A DNA stretch of 64,000 nt from contig CAVXGR010000016.1 in assembly GCA_963761335.1 (NCBI GenBank), positions 332,608-396,607 of the forward strand, given 5' to 3'. The notes beneath the pieces were generated by a model. The model had not been told where the DNA came from. It searched no databases and saw nothing but the letters and a program-made list of their open reading frames with translations. The DNA is from an uncultured delta proteobacterium (GTDB lineage Bacteria; Desulfobacterota; Binatia; HRBIN30; BPIQ01). Positions 1-10,137 of this stretch are shown piece after piece. The position numbers were made by a program, and so were the translations under genes. The stretch's first letter is position 1. Every line of letters starts with the position of its first letter.

Positions 1-6
1 GCCCTC

Positions 7-3000
7 GTGCTGCGCGGCTCCAACGACGGCATCTGGGATTGGGACCTGCAGACCAACGAGGTGTATTTCTCGCGGCGCTGGAAGGAGATGCTCGGCCTCC
101 CCGAGGACGCAACCGGTGATCTGTGGCGGCAGCGCCTCCATCCCGATGATGCCCAGCGAGTCCTCACCGCCATTCTGGCGCACCTCGATGGCGCACTCCC
201 CCTCTACGAATGCCAGCAGCGGCTGCTCCACGCCGACGGCACCTACCGGTGGATCCTCGCCCGCGGGATCTGCGTGCGCGATGCCAGCGGCACGCCGACC
301 CGCATCGCCGGCTCGCACACGGATATCACCGAGCACGTCGGAGCCTTGCAGACGCTCACGCAGAACGAGGAACGCCACCGCGCCCTCGTCGAACACGCCG
401 CGGACGGTATCTTCGTGCACGACCTGATGGGCGTCATCACCGACGTCAACCCCGCCGCCTGCGCGAGCTTGGGCTACCGCCGCGACGAGCTCGTCGGCCG
501 GCCGCTGACCGACATCGACACGCGGCTCGATCCCGAGCGGATTCGCGACCTGCTGCAACGACTCTGGAGCGGGACGCCGGTCGTGCACGAGGCCGTTTTC
601 CGCAGTAAAGACGGCAGCACGTTTCCCGTCGAGGTGCGTTCGGTGCGCTTCGCCTGGAACGGTGCACCCCATGTGTTGGGCACCGTGCGGGATATCACCC
701 GGCACAGGCGTGACGAGGAAGTGCTGCGGACGACGAAAGAGCAGCTCGAGTTCATGGTCGAGAATGCCGGCGTCGCCTTTTGGGACTGGGACCTGCGCAC
801 CGATGAAACGCATTACTCCGCATCGTGGAGGCGGCGGTTCGGCTATGGCGAGGAAGAGTTCCGCGGCAGCGGGGACGAATGGTGGGACATCTTGCACCCA
901 GATGACCGCCTGGCGGTCGTGACAGCTCTGCAGGAGGCGCTGAACGGGGCCGGGTGTTACGAGACCGAGCTGCGGATCCGCCAGAAGGATGGGTCCTATC
1001 GCCCCGTTCTCAGCCGGGCGCTGGTCGTGTGCGACGCGGATGGCCAGCCGATCCGCCTGCTCGGCGCGCACATCGACATCACCGAGCAGAAGCGCATGGA
1101 GCTGGCGCTGCGAGAGGCGCAGGCGACGCTGCGTTTGGCGACGGAGAGTGCGAAGGTCGCCGTCTGGGATTGCGATCTGCGCGCGCTCACGATCCGCTTC
1201 TCGTCGGGCTGGCAACGCGTGCTCGGGCGTGAGGCTGGCGAGACCACGCTGGTTGAGCTCTGGGATCTGGTGCATCCCGACGATCGCGCGAAGACCAGCG
1301 CGGCCATGCAGGAGCACCTGCAGGGCCGCGCCAGCATCTACGAGACCGAGCAACGCATGCGTCACGCGGACGGCTCGTATCGCTGGGTGCTCAGTCGGGG
1401 TATCGTCGCCTGCGACACGGAGGGCCGGCCGTCCCACCTGTTTGGTGCCGACATCGACATCACGGAGCGGAAGGCGTTGGAAGAGGCCCTGCGGCGCTCG
1501 GAAGAGCAGTATCGTCATTTGGTCGAAGACATCACGGACATCATCTACGCGGCGGACCGGAACGGCCGCGTCACCTACATGAGCCCCGTGGCAGAGCAGC
1601 TCTATGGGTATACCCCCGCGGAGGTGATCAACCGCGATTTTTCCGACTTCATCTTCCCGGAGGATCTTCCGCTGGTCGCCGAGGGCTTTCGCGGGGCCAT
1701 CTCCGGCACTCCGCAACCGCACGACCACCGGATCGTCACCAAATCGGGCGAGGTTCGCTGGGTGCGAAACCATGCCCGAGTCATCGTGCAGGGCAACCAG
1801 ATCGTCGGCCTGCAGGGCGTGATGTCGGACCTGACCGAGCGGAAGCGAGCGGAGACCGCGCTGCGTGCGCTCACCGCGTCGCTGGAACAACAAGTGGCGG
1901 AACGCACTCGGGAGGTGCTGGCGACCCACGATCAGCTGCGCGCGATCACCGACAACATGTTCGACATGGTGAGCCAGGTGAGTCTGGACGGGGTGTTCCA
2001 GTACGTCAGCCCCGCGCACGAGCGCGTCTTGGGATATGCACCGAAGCAAATGGTGGGCAGATCGGCACTCGGCTTTCTCCATCCCGATGACGTTGCCCCC
2101 GTGAAGGCCACCATGGAGTCCATGATCCGTGTGGCCTCGGCCGGCCGCGCAGAGTTTCGCTACCGGTGTGCCGATGGCCACTACGTTTGGCTGGAAACCG
2201 TGGGCAATCTGCTCTTCGACGATCACGACGCCCCGGTCGGAATAGTTTTGAACGGGCGCGACGTCACCGAGCACAAGCAGGCGCGCGAGGCGCTGCAGAC
2301 GACGCTATCGGTGCTTCGCGCGACCCTCGAATCCACCGCGGACGGGATTCTGGTCATCGACACCAACGGCCGGGTGACGGAATACAACGAGCGCTTCCAA
2401 GAGCTGTGGCACATCCCCGAGGCCGTGATCGACACGCACGACGACGATTGCCTGCTGGCCCACGTCCTCGGCCAACTCAAAGACCCACAGGGATTCCGGA
2501 CAAAGGTCAGAGCGCTGTACGGACAACCCGATGCAGAGAGCTTCGAGGTGCTCGAGTTCAAGGACGGCCGCACCTTCGAGCGGTTCTCATGCCCGCAACG
2601 GGTGGACGGCCGGAGTATCGGTCGGGTCTGGAGCTTCCGTGACGTGACCCAGCGAGTTCGCAATGAAGCCGAGTTGAGAGAGAGCGAAGCGCGATACCGG
2701 ACGCTGGTGGAATCCGCAAGCGACGCTGTGGTCAGCATCGACGAGTGCGGCATCGTGCAGTCCGTCAACTCGGCGGCGGAACAGCTCTTCGGCTTCACGG
2801 CAGCAGAGATCCTCGGCGACAATGTGACGCGGCTCATGCCCGAGCCCGATGCCGGCCCCCACGACGAGTATCTCGCCGCGTACTTGCGAACCGGCGTGGC
2901 GCACGTCATCGGCAGGGTTCGCGAGGTCAGCGGGCGGCGCAAGGACGGGACGACATTCCCCTTGGAGCTGTCGATCAGCGAGATGCAGTTCGGGGAGCGG

Positions 3001-3912
3001 CGCATGTTCACCGGCATCATGCGCGACATCAGCGCGCGCAAGCAGGCGGAACATGACATCTGGCGGTTGAACGCCGAGCTGGAGCAGCGCGTCGTCGAGC
3101 GCACCGCCCAGCTCGAGGTGGCCAACCAGGAGCTGGAAGCCTTCAGCTACTCCGTGTCGCATGACCTGCGGTCGCCGCTGCGCCATATCGAGGGCTTCAG
3201 CGAGATGTTGCTGGAGGATTCCGCGGAGCGGCTCGACGACGGGGGGCGGTACTATCTCGAGCGCATCAGCGCTGGCTGCCAGCGCATGGGCCAGCTCATC
3301 GAAGATCTGTTGTCGCTGTCGCGCGTGGTGCGGCATGAGCTGCGGCACGCGCCGATCGACCTCTCGGCGGCGGCCCGCAAGATCATTGCCGAGCTGCGCG
3401 AGGGACAACCGGGACGCGACGTCGAGGTCGTCATCGCGGACCATTTGCATGCCACCGGTGACTCGGGGTTGCTCCGCATCGTTCTGGAGAACCTGCTCGG
3501 CAACGCCTGGAAGTACACCAGCAAGCGGCGGGGGGCGCGCATCGAGTTCGGACGGGCGCCGGGTGCGGAGAGCGGACTTGCCGACCCCCGCTTCGTTCGA
3601 TCCGCCGTCGCCAATCCATCCGCGATGGCGTTCTTCGTCCGCGACAACGGGGCGGGTTTCGACCCCGCGCGTGCGGACAGGCTGTTCACTCCGTTCCGGC
3701 GGTTGCACAGCGAAGCGGAGTTCGAGGGCAGCGGCATCGGCTTGGCGATCGTGCAGCGCATCATTTGCCGCCACGGTGGGCACGTGTGGGCAGAAGCGGC
3801 CGTTGAGCAGGGTGCCACCTTCTACTTCACCCTGCCGCAGGATTCGACGCGGGCTGACCCGGCGAAGTTTCCGCGGCGTGGGCGAGAGGAACCCGCGAGC
3901 CTGGCGAGCTGA
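7..3912 (+). CDS. Multi-PAS sensor histidine kinase (about 8 PAS domains + HisKA + HATPase); probably 5'-truncated by the window edge
   Basis: Repeated PAS/PAC motifs (GIWDWD, HPDD, DGSYRW, DITE); H-box FSYSVSHDLRSPL; NLLGNAWKY, VRDNGAGF and GSGIGLAIV boxes. Confidence 0.95.
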   Translation: MLRGSNDGIWDWDLQTNEVYFSRRWKEMLGLPEDATGDLWRQRLHPDDAQRVLTAILAHLDGALPLYECQQRLLHADGTYRWILARGICVRDASGTPTRIAGSHTDITEHVGALQTLTQNEERHRALVEHAADGIFVHDLMGVITDVNPAACASLGYRRDELVGRPLTDIDTRLDPERIRDLLQRLWSGTPVVHEAVFRSKDGSTFPVEVRSVRFAWNGAPHVLGTVRDITRHRRDEEVLRTTKEQLEFMVENAGVAFWDWDLRTDETHYSASWRRRFGYGEEEFRGSGDEWWDILHPDDRLAVVTALQEALNGAGCYETELRIRQKDGSYRPVLSRALVVCDADGQPIRLLGAHIDITEQKRMELALREAQATLRLATESAKVAVWDCDLRALTIRFSSGWQRVLGREAGETTLVELWDLVHPDDRAKTSAAMQEHLQGRASIYETEQRMRHADGSYRWVLSRGIVACDTEGRPSHLFGADIDITERKALEEALRRSEEQYRHLVEDITDIIYAADRNGRVTYMSPVAEQLYGYTPAEVINRDFSDFIFPEDLPLVAEGFRGAISGTPQPHDHRIVTKSGEVRWVRNHARVIVQGNQIVGLQGVMSDLTERKRAETALRALTASLEQQVAERTREVLATHDQLRAITDNMFDMVSQVSLDGVFQYVSPAHERVLGYAPKQMVGRSALGFLHPDDVAPVKATMESMIRVASAGRAEFRYRCADGHYVWLETVGNLLFDDHDAPVGIVLNGRDVTEHKQAREALQTTLSVLRATLESTADGILVIDTNGRVTEYNERFQELWHIPEAVIDTHDDDCLLAHVLGQLKDPQGFRTKVRALYGQPDAESFEVLEFKDGRTFERFSCPQRVDGRSIGRVWSFRDVTQRVRNEAELRESEARYRTLVESASDAVVSIDECGIVQSVNSAAEQLFGFTAAEILGDNVTRLMPEPDAGPHDEYLAAYLRTGVAHVIGRVREVSGRRKDGTTFPLELSISEMQFGERRMFTGIMRDISARKQAEHDIWRLNAELEQRVVERTAQLEVANQELEAFSYSVSHDLRSPLRHIEGFSEMLLEDSAERLDDGGRYYLERISAGCQRMGQLIEDLLSLSRVVRHELRHAPIDLSAAARKIIAELREGQPGRDVEVVIADHLHATGDSGLLRIVLENLLGNAWKYTSKRRGARIEFGRAPGAESGLADPRFVRSAVANPSAMAFFVRDNGAGFDPARADRLFTPFRRLHSEAEFEGSGIGLAIVQRIICRHGGHVWAEAAVEQGATFYFTLPQDSTRADPAKFPRRGREEPASLAS

Positions 3913-3927
3913 TGACCGGCGCCGGCG

Positions 3928-5265
3928 TTAACTCTGTCGGCCTCGGACCTGCCGATCGACGCGAGCGTCCATGCGGTTGAGCACGCTCATCATGCCGCGG
4001 ATCAACAGCCAGCGCAGCGGCTCCGGCGGCAGCGGCGGCACGAAGCGGGTCAGCGCTTCGACGTGATCGTTCTCTCTCTCCAATAGAAAGTCGGCGAGGA
4101 TGGCGCCCATGGCGCTGGCGGCGGCGACGCCGTGGCCGTTGTAACCGACTGCGTAGTACAGATTGCGGGCGGCCCCGGTGCGCCCGAGGGTCGGCAGGAA
4201 GTGCATCGTCATGCCGATCCAGCCGCCCCAGAAGTGGGCGACCGGCACCTCCGCGAGCCGCGGGAAACGATCGCGAAAGCCGCCGGCGATGAGGCCGAGC
4301 GTCCACGGATGCGGCCCTCCTTCGAGGGCGCCGCCGTACGCGTAGCGAACGCCCTTCGAGCCGCCGAGGATCGTGCCGCGCGCCGTCAGGCGATAGCTCT
4401 CCAGGCTCTCGTGCGCCGTGTAGATTCCTTCGCGGCCGCGCCAGCCGAGCTGGTCGAGCTGGGCGCTGCTCAACGGCGCTGTCTCGAACAAGGTGTCGTA
4501 GAGCGGGTAGATCGTGTGCCGCAGATGTCCCAGGGCCGGGGTATAGGCGTTGGTGGCCAGCACCACCTTGTCCGCCTTGACCACGCCGCCCGCGGTGCGC
4601 ACCAGGGCTCGCGGCGCGTCGATCAGCTCCTGCACCGCCGTCTGCTCGAACAGCCGGACGCCGGCGTCGACAACGGCGCGCCGCATCCCCATCACGTACT
4701 TGCCCGGATCGAGCGTGCCGCCCGACTCCTCCAGCGCGCCCGCAACAAACGCCGGCGGGATGCCGCGCTCGCGCATCGCCTCGCCGTGGAGAAAGCGCAC
4801 CCGCGCCCCGAGCTGTGCCGCGACCACCGCGGCTTTGCGCAGCCGCGCCTCCTGTTTCGGATGCACGGCCGCCATGATGTTGCCCGACGAGACGTAGTCG
4901 CAATCGATGTGCAGATTGCGGATCAGCTGTTCTACGAAGACAACGGCGTCGTCGGCGAAGCGTACCAGATGCGCGGCGCGCCGCTTGCCGAAGAGCAGCA
5001 GCAAGGTCGGTAGATCCTTGCCGATCGTCGGCGTCAGATGTCCGGCATTGCGGCCACTGGCGCCGAAGCCGGCGAAGTCGCGCTCGAGCACGACCACGTC
5101 GGCGCCCGCCCGCTTCAGCGCCAGCGCCGCGGAGAGACCGGTGAGGCCGCCGCCGATGACGGCGACGTCAGCAACCAGGTCCGATCCCAGCGGCGGCTGG
5201 AGATCGGGCGGCGGCGCCACCCAGGGGCTGACCTTCAAGAACTCGGCCGCTTCGTCGCTCGCCAT
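3928..5265 (-). CDS. FAD-dependent oxidoreductase (DadA/PuuB-like)
   Basis: VAVIGGGLTGLSAA dinucleotide-binding motif, GASGRNAG, GYNGHGV; start placed at MASDEAA inside ORF 3928..6192. Confidence 0.9.
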   Translation of the reverse strand: MASDEAAEFLKVSPWVAPPPDLQPPLGSDLVADVAVIGGGLTGLSAALALKRAGADVVVLERDFAGFGASGRNAGHLTPTIGKDLPTLLLLFGKRRAAHLVRFADDAVVFVEQLIRNLHIDCDYVSSGNIMAAVHPKQEARLRKAAVVAAQLGARVRFLHGEAMRERGIPPAFVAGALEESGGTLDPGKYVMGMRRAVVDAGVRLFEQTAVQELIDAPRALVRTAGGVVKADKVVLATNAYTPALGHLRHTIYPLYDTLFETAPLSSAQLDQLGWRGREGIYTAHESLESYRLTARGTILGGSKGVRYAYGGALEGGPHPWTLGLIAGGFRDRFPRLAEVPVAHFWGGWIGMTMHFLPTLGRTGAARNLYYAVGYNGHGVAAASAMGAILADFLLERENDHVEALTRFVPPLPPEPLRWLLIRGMMSVLNRMDARVDRQVRGRQS

Positions 5266-5282
5266 GGCTTCTTCCCAGGGGT

Positions 5283-6422
5283 TCAGAGTAGCAGCAGTCC
5301 GAGCGCCGCGAGAAGGCCCATGGCGCCGCCGAAGTAGAAGACCGCTGCGGGGCCGATTTGCTGCCAGAGCTGCCCGGCAAGTAGAGACGCAGGGAACAGG
5401 CCGACGCCGACGAGAGTGGCGTGCAGCCCCATCCCGGTAGCGCGCAACGACGCCGGTGTGAGGTCGGCTACCAGGGCCTTCTCGACTCCATCCGTGAGGC
5501 CCATGTACAGGCCGTAGACCCCGAACAGGGCCCACAGCAGGATGCCGTGTGGCGGTTGCAACAGGGCAAATCCGAGGTACACCGCGCCGTAGAACAAGTA
5601 GCCGCTGACCAACAGGGTCTTGCGGCCGATGTGGTCCGAGAGCCAGCCGGCGGGGTATGAGGCCAGAGCGTAGACGGCGTTGAAGACCAGGTAGAGCAGG
5701 ATCACCTTCGCCGGCGTGTAGCCGAGATCCTCGGCGCGCAGCAGCAGGAAGGTGTTCGATGAGTTGCCGAGGGTGAACAGGAAGACGACGACCAGGAACC
5801 AGCGCAACCGCCGCGGCAGGGTGCTCCAGCGAAGCGACGGCTGTACGGCGGCGGCCGAAGGCGCATGTGCCTTGGGCTCGCGCACCAAGAAGAGCAGCGC
5901 CACTGCGATTCCCGCCGGCACGAGCGAGCAGACAAAGACGAGCGCGTAGTCGCCGGTGTAGCGGGTGAAGAAGAGGTAGCCGAGCGTCACCCCGATCACG
6001 GCGCCAAAGCTGTCGAGGGCGCGGTGCAGGCCGAAGGCCCGGCCATGGCGTCCGTCGCCGGTGCTGTCTGCCAGCAGCGCGTCGCGCGGGGCGGTGCGGA
6101 TGCCCTTGCCGACGCGGTCGACGACCCGGGCTCCCAGCACCATGCCCCATCCGGCCGCCAGTACGAGCAGAAGCTTGCCGATCGCCGAGCATGCATAGCC
6201 GGCGATGGTGAGCTTCTTGCGTTCCTGGAGGTGATCAGAGAGACGGCCGGAGAACACCTTCAGCAGGCTCGCCACGCTCTCCGCCAGGCCCTCGATCACA
6301 CCGAGCACGGCCGGGCTCGCCCCCAGGCGCACCGTCAGAAAAAAGGGAACGAGCGGGTACACCATCTCGCTGGCGATGTCAGTGAGCAGCGAGGTGAGGC
6401 CGAGCAGAATGATGTTGAACAT
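5283..6422 (-). CDS. MFS transporter
   Basis: About 12 hydrophobic segments; GRLSDHLQERK and GWLSDHIGRK loop motifs; DRVGKGIRTAPRDAL. Confidence 0.92.
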   Translation of the reverse strand: MFNIILLGLTSLLTDIASEMVYPLVPFFLTVRLGASPAVLGVIEGLAESVASLLKVFSGRLSDHLQERKKLTIAGYACSAIGKLLLVLAAGWGMVLGARVVDRVGKGIRTAPRDALLADSTGDGRHGRAFGLHRALDSFGAVIGVTLGYLFFTRYTGDYALVFVCSLVPAGIAVALLFLVREPKAHAPSAAAVQPSLRWSTLPRRLRWFLVVVFLFTLGNSSNTFLLLRAEDLGYTPAKVILLYLVFNAVYALASYPAGWLSDHIGRKTLLVSGYLFYGAVYLGFALLQPPHGILLWALFGVYGLYMGLTDGVEKALVADLTPASLRATGMGLHATLVGVGLFPASLLAGQLWQQIGPAAVFYFGGAMGLLAALGLLLL

Positions 6423-6629
6423 GGTGGAGGTCCGACGCGGATAGTCTGCATTGGCGCCGGATTCAACGCGACCGCCGAGCCGGTGCTCGAGGCATCATCG
6501 CCGGAAGATGTCAGCGATGCAGTAATCCGGTACGGCAGAGCCCCCGGAACATCCCACTGGCCACACTTCTCCGACGGCGCCGACGGCTGTGGCGCTGGAT
6601 CCTCGGCGAGAGTGCGAAGCTCGCCAGCT

Positions 6630-9600
6630 TCAGTCCACCGGGGGAATAATAATGGGCGTGCGCGTTGGAGTCCTCGTCGGCGTTCGCGTCGGCGTGGGGT
6701 TCTCGTAGTTGCCGAACTCCAGGTCCGCGGCTTGACCACATTCGATGAAGACGTGGTGGATCCCGGTGGGCGGGAAGGTCTGCGTCCACCCGGACTGTAG
6801 AACTTCGGAGACGGTGTACATCATCTGCCCCGGCAGGTTGGTGCACCCCTGGATACCGGTGATGAGCGTGGCGAGCGGATTGGCACCGGCGTCGGTGACC
6901 TGAACCAACCAGCCGGCGATGTCCGGCTCGCCGATGTCGTGGAAGCCATTGTGGTTCTGGTCGATGAACTTGATGGCGCAGATCTCGCCCATGCAGATGG
7001 TCGCCGTAGGCGACACGGTGCGGGTCCGGGTCTGAGTAGACGGCGGGGAGGGGGTGCGCGTATGGGTCACCGTGCCCGTTGGCGTGCGCGTGGCGGTTGC
7101 GATCGTCGTCTGTGTGCGCGTTGCCGTCGGGGTGGGAGAGGGGGGCGCCGAGACCGTCGGTGGCGGAGATACGTCCTTGCACTTGCCGCGGCTCGAGGCG
7201 GCGATCGAATCGATCTCCGCTTCGGAGAGCACGGCGTTGAAGACCTCCAGCTCGTTGATCTCGATCTCGCCATGGATGTCTATCTGGTTCGGGAACAGTC
7301 TCGTGCCGCCGATCCAGAGGGGCGTGTTGGCGCTGTCCGCGGCCGGAGCGACAGCGACGAAATCTCCGACCGGGTTTCCCGGGGAGATCAAATGGCTCCC
7401 GTTCAAGTAGAAGGTGCCCGCGTTCCCGGCGCCGCGGTTGACGGTCACGGCGACATGGATCCAGTCCGGCCACGGCGTGCTCAACGAGGACGGCACGGTG
7501 AACTTGGCCGTATAGATGGCGTTGCTCGCGTACGGGAAGGTGCTGATGCCGTCGCCGAGCGCGAACACCAGGTACATCTGGATGTCCTGCATCGTCCCCA
7601 GCGGTGGTGCCTGCGGAGCGGGGGGACAGGTGGCACAGGTGGCGGTGATCAGTAGGTACAACGCGTATCCGGTGTCGTTGGCGCCGAGCTTGTCGAGGAT
7701 CGGTTCCACGACGCTGATGGTGTTGGGAAGAACCGGATGGACCTCGGTGGGCCTGATCCACGCGTCGATGGTCAGATCGGAGTTCGCCAGGTCGAGGTCC
7801 GGGCTCGGAGTGGGCACTTCCACATAGGTGCTCGGGACCGGGAAGAGCAGCGCGCCGTCGGGCGGCGTCGTCGCCAGGTTGCCCGGCACGCTGATCGGAC
7901 CGGCGGACGCAGGCGCGCTGATCGGGCCGGGTTGCGGGACGCCGTTGTTTGCCGGCGGCAGACCGATGTCATGTACGATCGTTGCACCCGCCGCTTCATC
8001 TAGGGGCCACCACGCCACCATGTGTGCGTATTCGGGCGGCGTGATGCACGGGGCCACTGTCGCCGTGGGAGTTGGCGTCGGCGTGGGCGTGCGCGTCGGC
8101 GTCGGTATGGTGTTGGTTCTCGTCGGCGTCAAGGTGACGGTCGGTGTTGGAATGATGTTGGTGAAGATGCACTGCAGAGCGACACCCCCGAGCGAGCTGA
8201 AGTAATACAGCACCGTGGTGTCGCCGGGCTCGAAGCCGTTGGTCGGGTTGACGCTCGCCCCGAGAATCGTGAAGGTTCCGGAGCCACTCAGGAAGCTGCA
8301 GGCGATGTTGGACAGCGTCGTGTCGGGTGGGAGGATCTCGTACACGTCGAAGATCGGGCCGCAAGGCACCGGCTTGGTGATGCACTGGCCGTCGTTCAGG
8401 GTCACGCCCTGAAAGATGGCGCCGGCGCTGAAGTTGAAGGCCGTTCCGCCGTTGGGGATGGTTTGCTTGCACACCGTCATCGAGCAGGGGGCCGGGGTCC
8501 CGGTCTGCGTGGCGGTGCCGGCCGGCGTCGGCGTGCTCGATACCGTCGGGGTGGGCGTCCGCGTTGGCGAGGTGCTCGGCGGAGGCGTCGGACAATCGCA
8601 GATGCTGACCGCCAAGCTGACGTAATCGACGCTGGTGTCGTCCTGTACGTAGATGTCCAGAGATCGGCGCAAGTCGAGATCCGCAATCAGGTTCATTCCA
8701 CCGGGCAGGCTCGCCAGGTTCAAAACGAACGTCGCCCCGTGCGGCAGGGGAAAGTTGCTCGGCGTCCATTGAGCGCCCAGCAACGCCGGCAACCCGGAAT
8801 TGCCGCTGCCAAAGTAGGCCGCCCAGTGAGCCCCGACGAACTGGCCGGCGGGGCTCACGAAACCCAGCTGCACAGAGTCGTTGCGACTGCCGGGCGCCGG
8901 GTTGGTGGAGATCGGGCGGGCGCGGAAAACCAGCTGCGCCTGCTGAACGCATTTCCCCTGTGGGAGGACAAAGGTGTGCCCGAAGCGCCGATCGATTGCT
9001 CCGCCGTCGAAGATGACGGGAGAGGGCGGTTGGATGATGCTGAGCAACCCTGGACTGGGGGACGCCAGCTCGGTGCCGCTGGCGGTGCTGAAGCTGTCCG
9101 GCACTCCCGCGTGCAAGAAGCTGGGCGGGCACGGGCGTCTGTCGGCCGCCAACGCGATCGGCTCGTCCTCGGCATTCTCCAGCAACAGGATCACGATGCT
9201 GCCGAGCTGCCCCGGATCGGATGGCAGGTGCTCGTAGCAGAAGCAGTCCCCCCTCGGGCTCTGCACGCAGGTGCCCTTGCAGGTGGCGATGCAGTCGTCG
9301 CAATCGTCGGCGTTCTGGCGCGTGTAGATAACGATCTGCCCGAGGCGGTCGGCTGCAACGCCGTTGTCGATGAGCAGCTGCGACAACAGCGCTCTGAGCT
9401 CCCCCTCGTCTTCCGAGGCGGAGTCCTCGAGCGCGGCGACGATCGGGGCGGCTTGTGCCAGGGTCAGGACTCTCGTCGGGTAGACGAGGTGGTGGAGATC
9501 GCCCGGAAGAGCGTCGTACGTCGCCGGTCCACAGGGGGCGAAGATGTCGTGAAGCGATGCCGCGATGTCACTCTCGGTGATCTGGTTGTCCTGATCGAGG

Positions 9601-9824
9601 TCGCCCGAGGGGCAGGTGGACACCTCGTCGTTGGCTGTGGCGATGCGGGTCAGTCGAACGATATCGGCTGCGCTCACACGGCCGTCGGCGTCGCAATCCC
9701 CCACACACTCCGGCGCCGCTTCTGCCATTTGCGCGCTGGTCGCGACCACCAACAACAGCCCGAGCTGCACGAGGCGGCGCCCCAGCGCCGACCCGACCGC
9801 GTCTGCCTTCTGGAGGCGTGTCAT
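6630..9824 (-). CDS. Large secreted modular protein (dockerin-like CVGDC module, Pro/Thr linkers, LamG-like domain, SdrD-B-like C-terminal domain)
   Basis: Hydrophobic signal-like segment; CVGDCDADGRV and GDLDQDNQI; PT repeats; VAWWPLDE...LTIDAWI...WIHVAVTV; KFIDQNHNG...GEP...YTVSEV; start uncertain. Confidence 0.75.
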   Translation of the reverse strand: MTRLQKADAVGSALGRRLVQLGLLLVVATSAQMAEAAPECVGDCDADGRVSAADIVRLTRIATANDEVSTCPSGDLDQDNQITESDIAASLHDIFAPCGPATYDALPGDLHHLVYPTRVLTLAQAAPIVAALEDSASEDEGELRALLSQLLIDNGVAADRLGQIVIYTRQNADDCDDCIATCKGTCVQSPRGDCFCYEHLPSDPGQLGSIVILLLENAEDEPIALAADRRPCPPSFLHAGVPDSFSTASGTELASPSPGLLSIIQPPSPVIFDGGAIDRRFGHTFVLPQGKCVQQAQLVFRARPISTNPAPGSRNDSVQLGFVSPAGQFVGAHWAAYFGSGNSGLPALLGAQWTPSNFPLPHGATFVLNLASLPGGMNLIADLDLRRSLDIYVQDDTSVDYVSLAVSICDCPTPPPSTSPTRTPTPTVSSTPTPAGTATQTGTPAPCSMTVCKQTIPNGGTAFNFSAGAIFQGVTLNDGQCITKPVPCGPIFDVYEILPPDTTLSNIACSFLSGSGTFTILGASVNPTNGFEPGDTTVLYYFSSLGGVALQCIFTNIIPTPTVTLTPTRTNTIPTPTRTPTPTPTPTATVAPCITPPEYAHMVAWWPLDEAAGATIVHDIGLPPANNGVPQPGPISAPASAGPISVPGNLATTPPDGALLFPVPSTYVEVPTPSPDLDLANSDLTIDAWIRPTEVHPVLPNTISVVEPILDKLGANDTGYALYLLITATCATCPPAPQAPPLGTMQDIQMYLVFALGDGISTFPYASNAIYTAKFTVPSSLSTPWPDWIHVAVTVNRGAGNAGTFYLNGSHLISPGNPVGDFVAVAPAADSANTPLWIGGTRLFPNQIDIHGEIEINELEVFNAVLSEAEIDSIAASSRGKCKDVSPPPTVSAPPSPTPTATRTQTTIATATRTPTGTVTHTRTPSPPSTQTRTRTVSPTATICMGEICAIKFIDQNHNGFHDIGEPDIAGWLVQVTDAGANPLATLITGIQGCTNLPGQMMYTVSEVLQSGWTQTFPPTGIHHVFIECGQAADLEFGNYENPTPTRTPTRTPTRTPIIIPPVD

Positions 9825-10137
9825 CGTTGCCGAAGCAAATCGGCTCGGATGGCCCGCTTGCTTGCCGAGAGGAGGTTCTCGAAACCTGCGCGTCTCGAGC
9901 CGAGCCCTGTCGCGCCGCGTCCTTTGCGCAACAGTGGCCGTCCCGGCGCCATCACTGGAGGCATCCTTTTTCCCCTTTAGCGTGTCTATACCGCACACGA
10001 TCTAGCCCTGTCGAGACAAAACGACCGGCCACAACGACCGGCCCGTGGCGGACGTGGTGCGGACCCGGGGCATTGCTCTACTCGTGGTGCGATCTCCGCT
10101 CTGTCGGCGGCCCCAGCCTGCGTGCTAGACGAGTGCG

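Noticed and set aside
3556..3625. About 20-aa insert in the kinase ATPase domain
   Set aside because: Falls in a variable loop; no clear repeat or intein signature
5266..6192. N-terminal extension of the 754-aa oxidoreductase ORF
   Set aside because: Overlaps the MFS gene in another frame; GC-rich read-through
8022..9980. Long antisense ORFs (this one, 34184..35872, 36347..38164, 50055..51878 and others)
   Set aside because: Shadow ORFs opposite well-supported genes in high-GC DNA
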